Of a DNA stretch of 64,000 nt, positions 10,728 to 22,190 are shown piece after piece. Numbering within the stretch: position 1 is the stretch's first letter; every line of letters begins with the position of its first letter. The notes below the pieces were generated by a model. That model saw only the letters and a list, made by a program, of their open reading frames with translations, had not been told where the DNA came from and made no database searches. The position numbers were made by a program, and so were the translations under genes. Source of the stretch: Scyliorhinus canicula. Its lineage: Eukaryota. The stretch spans positions 14,635,958-14,699,957 of the forward strand of contig NC_052171.1 of the NCBI RefSeq assembly GCF_902713615.1. Reading direction: 5' to 3'.

Positions 10728-13570
10728 GAGAACATAGAACATAGAACGACACAGCGCAGTACAGGCCCTTCGGCCCACGATGTTGCACCGACATGGGAAG
10801 TCAAAAACGAAAGGCCATCTAACCTACACTATGCCATTATCATCCATATGCTTATCCAATAAACTTTTAAATGCCCTCAATGTTGGCGAGTGCACGACTG
10901 TTGCAGGTAGGGCATTCCACGGCCTCACCACACTTTACGTAAAAAACCTACCTTTGACCTCTGTCCTATATCTATTACCCCTCAATTTATGTCCCCTCGT
11001 GCTAGCCACCTCCATCCGCGGGAGAAGGCTCTCACTGTCCACCCTATCTAACCCTCTCTTTAGATCCTTCCTCGCTTCCTTGTATCTATCAAGCGCCCCA
11101 ACTGAAACTTCACGCCTCATCTTCACATAGGCCTCCTTCTTCCTCTTAACAAGAGATTCCACTTCTTTGGTAAACCACGGTTCCCTTCCTCTACCCCTTC
11201 CTCCCTGCCTGACTGGTACGTACTTATCAAGAACACGCAATAGCTGTTCCTTGAACAAGCTCCACATATCCAGTGTGCCCAACCCTTGCAGCCTACTTCT
11301 CCAACCTACACATCGTAAGTCATGTCTAATGGCATCATAATTGCCCTTCACCCAGCTATAACTCTTGTCCTGCGGGGTATACTTATCCCTTTCCATCACT
11401 AACGTAAAGGTCACCGAATTGTGGTCACTGTCTCCAAAGTGCTCACCTACCTCCAGATCTAACACCTGGCCTGGTTAATTACCCAAAACCAAATCCAATG
11501 TGGCCTCGCCTCTTGTTGGCCTGTCAACATATTGTGTCAGGAAACCCTCCTGCACACATTGTACAAAGAACGACCCATCTAATGTACTCGAACTATACAT
11601 TTTCCAGTCAATATTTGGAAAGTTAAAGTCTCCCATTTCAACTACCCTGTTACTTACACTCTTTTCCAGAATCATCTTCGCCATCCTTTCCTCGACATCC
11701 CTGGAACTATTAGGTGGCCTATAGAAAACTCCCAACAGGGTGACCTCTCCTTTCCTGTTTCTAACCTCAGCCCATACAACCTCGGAAGAAGAGTCCCCAT
11801 CTAGCATCCTTTCCGCCACCGTAATACTGTCCTTGACTAGCAGCGCCACACCTCCCCTCTTTTTCCCCCTTCTCTGAGCTTTATAAAACACCTAAACCCC
11901 GGAACCTGCAACAACCATTCCTGTCCCTGCTCTATCCATGTCTCTGAAATGGCCACAACATCGAAGACCCAGGTACCAACCCATGCTGCCAGTTCCCCTA
12001 CCTTATTTCGTGTACTCCTGGCATTGAAGTAGACACACTTCAAACCACCTACCTGAAAACTGGCACCCTCCTGCGAAGTCAAATCTGTGCTCCTGACCTC
12101 TATACTCTCAATCTCCCGTACCCCAAAACTACAATCCAGGTTCCCATGCCCCTGCTGAATTAGTTTAAAACCCCAAAGAGCACTAACAAATCTCCCCCCC
12201 AGGATATTGGTGCCCCTAAGGTTCAGATGTAGACCATCCTGTCTATAGAGGTCCCACCGTCCCCAGAAAGAGCCCCAGTTATCCAGAAATCTGAATCCCT
12301 CCCGTCTGCACCATCCCTGTAGCCACGTGTTTAATTGCTCTCTCTCCATATTCCTCGTCTCACTATCACGTGGCACGGGCAACATCCCAGAGATAACAAC
12401 TCTGTTTGTTCTCGTTCTGAGCTTCCATCCTAACTCCCTAAAGGCCTGCCTGACATCCTTGTCCCCTTTCCTACCTATGTCGTTAGTGCCAATGTGGACT
12501 ACGACTTGGGGCTGCTCCCTTGGGGGGGGGGGGGCCCTTAAGGACCCGGGAAACACGATCCGAGACATCACGTACCCTTGCACCTGGGAGGCAACATACC
12601 AAGCGTGAGTCTCTCTCGCTCCCACAAAATCACCTATCTGTGCCCCTGACTATTGAGTCCCCAATTACTAATGTTCTACTCCTTTCCCCCTTCCCTTCTG
12701 AGCAACAGGGACAGACTCCGTGCCAGAGGCCCGTACCCCATGGATTACCCCGGTAAGTCTTCCCCCCACAAGTATCCAAAACGGTATACTTGTTACTAAG
12801 GGGAATGACCACACGGGATCCCTGTACCCCAGCCCCTCTGATCGTCACCCCCTCTCACCGTCACCCATCTATCTTTATTCTTTGGCGTAACTACCTCCCT
12901 GAAGCTTGAATCTATGACCCCCCCCCCCCCCCTCTGCCTCCCGAATGATCCGAAGTTCATCCAGCTCAAGCACCAGGTCCCTAACACGGTTTCTGAGGAG
13001 CTGGAGTTGGGTGCACTTCCCACAGATGAAATCAGCAGGGACACTGACGGCGTCCCTCACATCAAACATTCTGCAGGAGGAGCATTGTACTGCCTTCCCT
13101 GGCATCACCTCTAGATTTAAAAAAAAAACCAAGAAAAAGAAAGGAAGAGCTTACCTGATATTCCCTCAAACCCTGCTCCCGCTGAAAGGTAAGCAAATTT
13201 AAAGGCACTCACTCACCTTCACGACAGGCCCCTGCTCCCGCTTCCCAACGACCGTGGTTTCTTTTTTGGTTAGAGGAAGAGGTAGGGTGAGAAACACTGA
13301 CGAAGTGTTTCGGGTTCAACTGTCACTTGACAACAGCCCCTCCACAAACCACCTTCAAATTAGGCTGACCGCACTGCACGTATGTAAATTTCCCCAGAAC
13401 AGCTGATCAGTAGCTCTGCTCTGCTGCCCTCTGCTGGATGCTTGCCTTCACTCAAACTCCTCGGGTTCATTTGCAGGTACACCTTCAAATTAGGCTGACC
13501 GCACTGCACATATGTAAATATCGCCAGAAAAGCTGATCAGTAGCTCTGTTCTGCTGCCCTCTGCTGGATG
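10728..13570 (-). mobile_element. CR1 LINE with 5' UTR, ORF1 and endonuclease; RT internally deleted
   Basis: ORF1 zinc finger CSSCRMF...CGKC and SGNH esterase motifs (IGDSIVRG, VVVHIGTND, DGLHLN). ORF2 APE motifs (YFNARS, ISETW, YRPPN, GDFNFP, SDH) run directly into the ORF2 C-terminus (GLDRVDSE). (TTCTATG)n tail; frameshifts present. Confidence 0.92.
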
Positions 13571-14063
13571 ATTATTGGTGGTAGGCAGGGACGTGTGATA
13601 CGGTTACAATCCGATCACCCATGATCTCATTGAGTGTCGAGGCAAATTCGATAGGCCGAGTGTCCGACTGCTGCCCCTAATTCATATTTTCAGGTTCGTG
13701 CTGGGAATTTCGGCAGATATCTAATGGTGGCGCTTTATTTGAATTGTCTCCGTCGATATATTATCAACTAGCAATGAAAATGGAAAATGCTGGGAAAACT
13801 TAACAAATCGTGCAGCATCTGGCTAGCGAGAGAGAGAAAAACAGACAGTCAATAAATGTTTCCAGCTCGGATTCATTTTTCGTTTCAGATTTCCAGAGTC
13901 CTTCCAGACAGAACAATGAATTGAGCAACTTCCCATGATTTGCTCGACCCGAACTCGACCCGTTTGTTTTCATTCCATTTTATTTTAACTGTATTTTACG
14001 AGTTATTTGTTTCTTGTCTTTCTTTGTATATATTTACCATCATTATTTCCCCTATCTTCTAGA

Positions 14064-14411
14064 CACGGTAGCACGGTAGCATTGTGGACAGCACAATCGC
14101 TTCACAGCTCCACGGTCCCAAGTTCGATTCCGGCTTGGGTCACTGTCTTTGCAGAGTCTGCACATCCTCCCCGTGTGTGCGTGGGTTTCCTCTGGGTGCT
14201 CCGGTTTCCTCCCACAGTCCAAAAATGTGCAGATTAGGTGGATTGGCTATGATAAATTGCCCTTAGTGTCCAAAATTGTCCTTAGTGTTGTGTGGGGTTA
14301 CTGGGTTATGGGGACAAGGTGGAGGTGTTAACTTCGGGTAGGGTGCTCTTTCCAGGAGCCTGTGCAGACTCGATGGGCCGAATGGCCTCCTTCTGTACTG
14401 TAAATTCTGTG
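14064..14411 (+). mobile_element. HE1-like V-SINE, subfamily B
   Basis: Head, V core and tail all present. Confidence 0.9.
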
Positions 14412-14696
14412 AAACACTTTCCATACCTCCCCCCCCCTTTTTCTCACTTTACTCCTCTCCCAGCAATCCTCCCTCCCCGCTCACATCTACATCTGTCAAA
14501 GTAGTTGGAACCAATCATGACCTCACACTTTGTAACTCCCTAATTACAACTTCATGCGATACACGGTTTGGATACCTTAATCTTGGTTCTATAACAAAAT
14601 TTCCGCAACAAGTACATAATGCAGTAGTGATGATTCAAGTATTGTCAAAAACATCCGATTATGACAGGGACAAGATGAGACTGTTTCAATCATAAT

Positions 14697-15052
14697 GGAC
14701 ATCACGGTAGCATTGTGGATAGTTCAATTGCTTCACAGCTCCGGGGTCCCAGGTTCGAGTCCGGCTTGGGTCAATGTCTGTGCGGAGTCTGCACATCCTT
14801 CCCGTGCGTGCGTGGGTTTTCTCCGGGTGCTCCGGTGTCCTCCCACAGTCTAAAGATGTGCAGGTTAGGTGGATTGATCATGCTAAATTATCCTTAATGT
14901 CCAAAATTGTCCTCAGTGTTGGGTGGGGTTACTGGGTTATGGGGATAGGGTGGAGGTGTTGAGCTCGGGTCGTGTGCTCTTTTCAAGACCCGGTGCAAAT
15001 TCAATGGGCCGAATGGCCTCCTTCTGCACTGTATATTCTATGATAATCTATG
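14697..15052 (+). mobile_element. HE1-like V-SINE, subfamily B
   Basis: Head, V core and tail all present. Confidence 0.9.
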
Positions 15053-15091
15053 AATTTGTCAATGCTTATTTGATGAACGGGCACATAAGGC

Positions 15092-15138
15092 ATCTCTGGG
15101 CAATCGGTCAGCGCCTTCGGCTGTTAACCACAAGGTTG
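15092..15138 (+). pseudogene. tRNA-Asn(GTT) truncated pseudogene
   Basis: ATCTCTGGGCAATCGGTCAGCGCCTTCGGCTGTTAACCACAAGGTTG matches the 5' two-thirds of tRNA-Asn including the anticodon loop CTGTTAA; the T arm is missing. Confidence 0.8.
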
Positions 15139-15732
15139 TCCTTCCTATGATTAGTTTGGCAAATCGCCCTTCATTCTCCCCTGATTCAGTTTCTAAATGT
15201 GTTTCTCAACATTCTCCATATTGTCCTTTTAAAAATCGTTATCATCCCTTGATGCATTGTTTTAATTAATCAATTAGATTGAATATTTCCAGCATGATTT
15301 TGACTCTTGTGCGAGGAACTTGTGTGGAGCCTCTGCATTGCCTGTCCGGTATATCCATGCCACGGATGGAAAACACATTTCAATGGTCAGTCCATTCATG
15401 AAAACAAATGGAACGTGGACGACAAATTAATGAGCGAACATAAGCAAAAGCATTGAAATGGGGAAATTAATGGGACTTAAGGATAACAGATCAGCAGACC
15501 AGAGCAACCCCATCCCAGGGTTTGAAAAATATTGGAGGGAAATTGTAGGACACCTAAGGTACCAATCTCTAAGATTCTATTCCTTTGGGGAGCTTTCATT
15601 CACTTACGAAAATTATCTATGGCACACCATTGTATAGAAATGGCGACAAAGAGAAATTTCACAATGAAACACAACTTACACGAGCACGGCGTGTCGGATG
15701 TTGATGTAATGCAGCGCAGATTAACCAGAAAT

Positions 15733-16206
15733 TGTATCAGGATATACACGCTCCTCATTATCCAGAATCCATTAGGGTGATTGACATCCTATCGATCTTT
15801 TGGGCCCCGACCTGGGACCGCCCAAAGGAGTGCGAAAGACTGAGGTTCGAGGAATTGAGTGAGCAACGCTCTGTCTCTTGAACTGGCCTCTGTCCAACAA
15901 CTGCATCAAATCAACTAGCCAAGTTCAAGGAATCGCAATCGCTCCCCGAAGGACGAACCTCAACCTAGATGTATCAGACAACATCCAGCCGCCACACCTG
16001 GGGAAGCAGATTAAAGCTTTATCCAGGTATATTAAACTGGCAGGTATAGTCTAATGTGTAGTAGCATGTAAGTTATTAAGTATAGAATGAATCCTACATT
16101 GTGTAATAAAGTATCATTATACTAATATACTGGTTGTGTGGTAATTTGTCCAATACGCGGAAAACACTAGCATATTGTGGTTTTGAATAAAGGTAGAAGT
16201 CCACCA
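15733..16206 (+). mobile_element. 5' LTR of retrovirus-like element 2 (left boundary uncertain)
   Basis: AATAAA at ~16105-16110 in a context similar to LTR 1; followed by PBS-like TGGTTCTGTTGGGACTCGA (~16210-16228) and then gag. Confidence 0.55.
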
Positions 16207-16517
16207 TATTGGTTCTGTTGGGACTCGACTAAAAGTGACTTTGTTACTCCGAAAGATCTCACAACTTTTATTAAATTGATAAAATGATAAACGAACCACA
16301 AGCGCGAGTTTCATATTGGCCAAATAACCGAATTTCGGAAGTGTCTTCTAAACGCATGCGGAACGAACAGGGAAGGATAGGGTAAACTCTGCAAACATGC
16401 ACGCAAATCCAAGGGATTGTGAACAGCGACATAGCCATGAGACGTACCCGTTGTTCGATCGACTGCCTCTGTTCCAAAATAAATAGTGAGCAAATTGCAG
16501 CGCAACTGATAAAGAAG

Positions 16518-18328
16518 ATGAGTCCACAGCAAACCGAGGTAGAAGTAATCAACATGTCAGAAAAGTGTACGATATGGCAGGATGTACCAAGGAAATACTT
16601 AAAGGGGAAGAATGGCCGCTATGTGAAAAGGTTTGTGTAAACAGCGAGTCAGGTCCATGGAAGATAGGACAAACTTGGTGGGTGGATTTATGCCAAATAC
16701 ATAAGAAGAATGCAACAAAGCTAAAGAAGCTAATGGCCATGCTGCGCTGCTTGGCCCAGCTAAGAGGAACGGCGAAGGTTTTGGAGATCTCAGCGGTCAG
16801 TTAATGCAGAAGGAGAAGGAGAGTAAGAAAATAGAAGAGGAACTCCAGGAGAAGTTCGCCGCGAAGGGCAGGGAATTTGTCGATGTTGAACGTGCCCACC
16901 AGTCCACCTTAATCCATCTTTGAAGCTTCCAAACCCACAACGACAAGGTCTACCAGGACACACAGCGTGAAATCTTGGTAAGAGAGGAAGGCGAACAGAA
17001 GGTCACCCACTTAGAGAGTAAATGTGCCAATGTACAGGCAGTTTTAAGAGCGCTCCCCCAATCCACTGAGGAGCAAACTACCGCTGACCACATCAAGTGC
17101 AAGCAATAAATAGATTGCAATCATTGTTATCAGTTCAAAACGGATTTATGTGTACGTTCGGGACAGGAGGGACAGAGGAAGAAGAAATGGCTGATCGGGA
17201 GGAGTTACAGGGACGCGCACAGATGTATGTAATAAGAACTGAAAGTCGAAACAACCGCCACCATCCACAGTAATAAATGGACATTCGCAACAGCAGGCCC
17301 GGTTGCACAGGCCACACCATCCCCAGTGAGTAGTGAAACTGCCACGGAAACCATAAATCCGGTCACAAAGGAAAGAAGGATAGGGAATACCCCAGGTCCT
17401 GCTATTACCTACGCCACCCTACTCACGGTAACCCAGTTAAAGGACGCATGTAACAAAATTACAACATTTGAGCCCAGTGCGGACCCACATTGCTTGTTTG
17501 AAGAGGTTCGCCAACGTAAAATTATGTATGGTTTCGATGAAAGGGAAGAGCTGAAATTAATAGTTATAATCGTTGGCCAATCCATACAACCAGTTTCATC
17601 TGAGCCCCAAAATGTAGGAGGGGGAGCACCAGACGAAAGGAAGGACGCCATATTAACTTCCATCGGTTCTCATAGAGGGGATCCTGCAGACGTTTAAATA
17701 AATGCAGACAGATGATCGGGGATCATCCGACTGCCTTTGCAGGTCGCCTCTAGATACGCTTTGAATTGTGCTAACTTAGATGATGAAGACTGTCCCAAAT
17801 TGGCCCGCACATTAGTTTCACATGCCACAGAAGCAGGTAGAAAGGCTTACACAAACTTTGACCCAGCAGAGCAGGCACGCAATGAACCATGGGTACTCGG
17901 ATGCTTATCTAGATCACGGGAACAAATACAACAAGACGGCATGGAAGGTGCCATGCACCCAGTTACGACTTATCAGGGACACGCATGGATAAAGGACGGT
18001 AGAGGAGATGAATAATATCCAAGGGAACAATAACCAAGCGAACACTACCCAGTAGAGCAAACCCCAGAGCACAGGTTCCACCTTACGCGCCCCGAGGGTC
18101 AAGTTACAACTGTGGGCAATCGGGAAAATTTGCCCGCAAATGCCGAGACAATCCGACACGTTGTCACCAATAGCGAAGACAACAGGACAGTTCACCCCCC
18201 CCCCCGACCCCGCGCGGAGACAATAGGCCTAATCACGCTCTCCGCCGCACCAGCGAAAAGGAAACGCTCGCCGCATGCATACCGCAAACGTCCGCGTTAA
18301 TGGTCTCGCATATAACTCCCTCGATTGA
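16518..18328 (+). pseudogene. gag: gag (frameshifted) with coiled-coil region and degenerate zinc knuckle
   Basis: Charged heptad stretch LMQKEKESKKIEEELQEKFAAK...LESKCANVQAVLRAL (16801-17055), capsid-like region ~17400-17930, knuckle remnant SYNCGQSGKFARKC (18102-18143), TGA at 18326-18328. Confidence 0.75.
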
Positions 18329-20130
18329 CGGTGTCCGGCCTCTCCATCGTGTGTCTGTGATACAAGATGGGATAATGTGGAGAAGCCGATATTCATAGAC
18401 AAAGTCCCGGGTTATTCTGTCGATTTTCTCTGCGAAGATTTTCCCTGGTCACGCAAAATTCATCTACCCTTCTACCTCGAATCCCCATGGCCAATTACTG
18501 ACACCATCACACCAAGCTGATTTACTGCAAAAATTCAGGAAGGATACATTACAGCCCCTATAGCTGTGCATGTTGGAAATATAGCCACTAATCATCGTGT
18601 GGTTTTGGTCGAAATAACCCCCCCCCCCCCCTCCCCACTGCACAACCCATTTTAGGAATGTATTTCATGAACTCCACTTACCTCTCATTCGACCCAGTAA
18701 ATATGCGTGTATGGCAGAAGTCGAGGATAACAAGGGTCCTTTAACACTACCAGTGGGTGATGATATAAATAGGATCTGTTCAGTGGGAGAATACTGGTTT
18801 TATCCTTCAACGATTAGCTCACTCAGCCATCAGGGAGGTGCTCACCCAGCACAAAACGGTATTTTCTTGGCATAAACACGATTGTTGGCAGATAGCACAA
18901 AAAGTGATGATTGCAGGTCTTGACCCAAAAGCAAAGAAAATATACGCTCTCCCCAACAGGCTGAGAGCGAAACTGCAAGAGTTATCTACAGTTTGCAAGA
19001 ATTTTCTGACTGCGAACGACACCTGCTTGCAATCTTCTGGTCAGTTAAATATTTCGCATAAATTACGGGCCTCAAGCCGGTCATAATCCTCGTCGAGCAC
19101 ACCCCGTTTCAACTCATTTTAGATTGGAGACTTAAGGACAACCAGGAGAGGGCAGCGCGCTGGAGATTAGCACTGCAAGGCCGGGATATATCTGCAAACC
19201 GGATCCAGGTCCCCACATTTTAGAAGGCAGTTTACAAGACGGAGGTATCCCAACTGAGTGCCATACCATTACAGGCAAACAGCAGACAGGACCCTTTATT
19301 CCCAGGCGACTAAAACCACGAGGAGGCAGCAAGAAACCAGCTAACCAACAACAAAAGGATACATTTAAAATCGATGTAGATGGCCCCTCCACCATTTAGG
19401 ATGGTATTATGATAACTGAACGCCGTATATAAATATATGGAGGATTCACAAGGACGTTCACTGGAAGAACTAGCTTTAAAATTGCCACGACATCACATAG
19501 CCCAAGCAGCAGAATTTGCAGCCATAGGGTATAAAGTCGCCCAACAGGAGACTTTCCCAATGCCTGCGGACATACACTCAGGCAGTATCTATGTCTGCAA
19601 TAGTTTGACCGAATTCTTCCCCCCGTGTTTTTCTGTCCGCCGCCGGGAAACCCTCAGCCCTTTTATTGAAATACGTCCTTACAGAAGCCCCCGGCGGCAG
19701 ATACTTTAAGTTAAAAGCCATCACCGCACGCCCCTATGCAGTAACTGCAAGGCAGACGCCTTAGCTCAAGCTGGAGGCCGCAATGGTCACTTCTGGAAGC
19801 CATGCGAAGGTCGGGAAATACATGCAATTCAGATGCCCCAAGCCAAAAATGATGACGAGTCCCTCAAATAAGTTTTAAACAGCAACGAACCTGCAAGAAC
19901 CAAATCACTAGAGAAGATGGCACAGTTTTTAAGTCATGAATCTATGTTGTCCCCACCCAGGACAGAAACGAACTGATATTCGACTTCCATGACGGGCACG
20001 GACACCCGTGGGATATACACTACCATTGCCCATTTAAAAACGTTGTGCTGTTGGCCTGAATTGAAACGCGACGTCATCCATTATGTTGAGAACAGCCTGG
20101 TTTCTTCTCAAATCAATCACGATCGTCATA

Positions 20131-21277
20131 CAAACAACAATGAACAAAGAACAAAGAAAATTACAGCACAGCAACAGGCCATTCGGCCCTCCCAGCCTAC
20201 GCCGATACAGATCCTTTATCTAAACCTGCCTTCTATTTTCCAAGGTCTACTTCCCTCTGTTCCCGCCCTTCATATACCTGTCTAGATGCTTCTTAAATGA
20301 TGCTATCGTGCCCGCCTCTACCACCTCCGCTGGTAAAGCGTTCCAGGCACCCACCACCATCTGCGTAAAAAACTTTCCACGCACATCTCCCTTAAACTTT
20401 CCCCCTCTCACCTTGAAATCATGACCCCTTGTAACTGACACCCCCACTCTTGGGAAAAGCTTATTGCTGTCCAGCCTGTCCATACCTCTCATAATTTTGT
20501 AGACCTCAATCAGGTCCCCCCTCAACCTCCGTCTTCCAACGAAAACAATCCTAATCTACTCAACCTTTCTTCATAGCTAGCACCCTCCATACCAGGCAAC
20601 ATCCTGGTGAACCTCCTCTGCACCCTCTCCAAGGCATCCACATCCTTCTGGTAATGTGGCGACCAGAACTGCACGCAGTATTCCAAATGTGGCCGAACCA
20701 AAGTCCTATACAACTGTAACATGACCTGCCAACTCCTGTACTCAATACCCCGTCCGATGAAGGCAAGCATGCTGTTTGCCTTCTTGACCACTCTATCAAC
20801 CTGCGTTGCCACCTTCAGGGCACAATGGACCTGAACTCCCAGATCTCTCTGCACATCAATTTTCCCCAAGGCCCTTCCATTGGCCATATAGTCCGCTCTT
20901 GAATTTGATCTTCCAAAATGCACCACCTCGCATTTGCCTGGATTGGACTGCATCTGCCATTTCTCTGCCCAACTCTCCAACCTATCTATATTTTGTTGTA
21001 TTCTCTGACAGTCCTCCTCGCTATCTGCAACTGTACCAATCTTAGTATAATCTGCAAACTTGCTAATCAGACCACCTATTCATTCCTCCAGGCCATTTAT
21101 GTAGATCACAAACAACAGTGGTCCGAGCACGGATCCCTGTGGAACACCGCTAGTCACCCTTCTCCATTTTGAGACACTCCCTTCCACCACTACTCTCTGT
21201 CTTCTGTTGCCCAGCCAGGTCTTTATCCATCTAGCTCGTACACCCTGAACCCCATACGACTTCACTTTTTCCATCAA
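20131..21277 (-). mobile_element. 5'-truncated CR1 LINE inserted in the integrase region
   Basis: [14 protein letters not shown] and LVRPHLEYCVQFWSP motifs; (TTCTTTG)n tail. Confidence 0.92.
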
Positions 21278-21984
21278 GGATTAAGGCGCAACCTTCCTGC
21301 AGAAAGCCCCTTGACAGATCTTCAAATCGATTACAACTGTCCCCTCCAACACTGCACAAATGGTTTCGAAAACGTTCTCGTCGTTATTGATACGTTTACT
21401 GCATTGGTAAAAGTCTTCTCCAGCCGCAGGAACGCAGAATAGCTACAGCTAAAATCCTGACCCATCAAATATTCATGCGCTAGAGTCTTTCCCGCAACAC
21501 TGAATCAGATCAAGGGGCACATTTCACCGGCAGGGTAATGCAAAATGTAATGGCACTGTCTGGGATAAAGCAGAATTTCCATATAGCATACCACCCAGTC
21601 CAGTGGAATAGGCGAGCGCATGGACTGCACTTTAAAATCGATTATCAGGAAGACAGTGCAGCAAAACAACACCACATTGGACACAATAATTCCCTTCGCC
21701 CTCATGATCATTAGGAACACGCTTTCCAGCTCCACAGTCTGTACCCCTCACATACTTGTGAGAAGCAGGCCCATGAAAGGATTTGAGTATTTGTCAGCGC
21801 CGGATATGGCCAACACCACAATGACAGCCCTCACCCATGAAAAAGCAGTACAGCTGTTCACTGAAAACATTAAAGCAGCACAACCGACTGCTGCTGTCCG
21901 ACGAAGCACCAGGAAAAGGCAAAGATAAGTCTACTTCGATAAAAATGTGCGCTCCATAGAATATACAGATGACCAGCAAGTTAC

Positions 21985-22190
21985 CAGTCCAAAAATGTGC
22001 ACGTTATGTGGATTGGACATGATTAATTGCCCTTAGTGTCCAAAATTGCCCTTAGTGTTGGGTGGGGTTACTGGGTTATGGGAATAGGGTGGAGGTGTTA
22101 ACCTTGGGTAGGGTGCTCTTTCCAGGAGCCGGTACAGACTAGATGGGCCGAATGGCCTCCTTCTGCACTGTAAATTCTATGATCTATGAT
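21985..22190 (+). mobile_element. 5'-truncated V-SINE, subfamily B
   Basis: 3' half of the SINE body and the TTCTATG tail. Confidence 0.85.

Larger units (their letters stand above)
13930..15140 (+). repeat. Inverted duplicate of ~5760-6290 (PLE 3' end, tRNA upstream motifs, tRNA-Asn), split by two SINEs
   Basis: 14411-14580 matches the reverse complement of ~5990-6130, and 14658-14697 matches the reverse complement of ~5866-5905. Confidence 0.7.
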
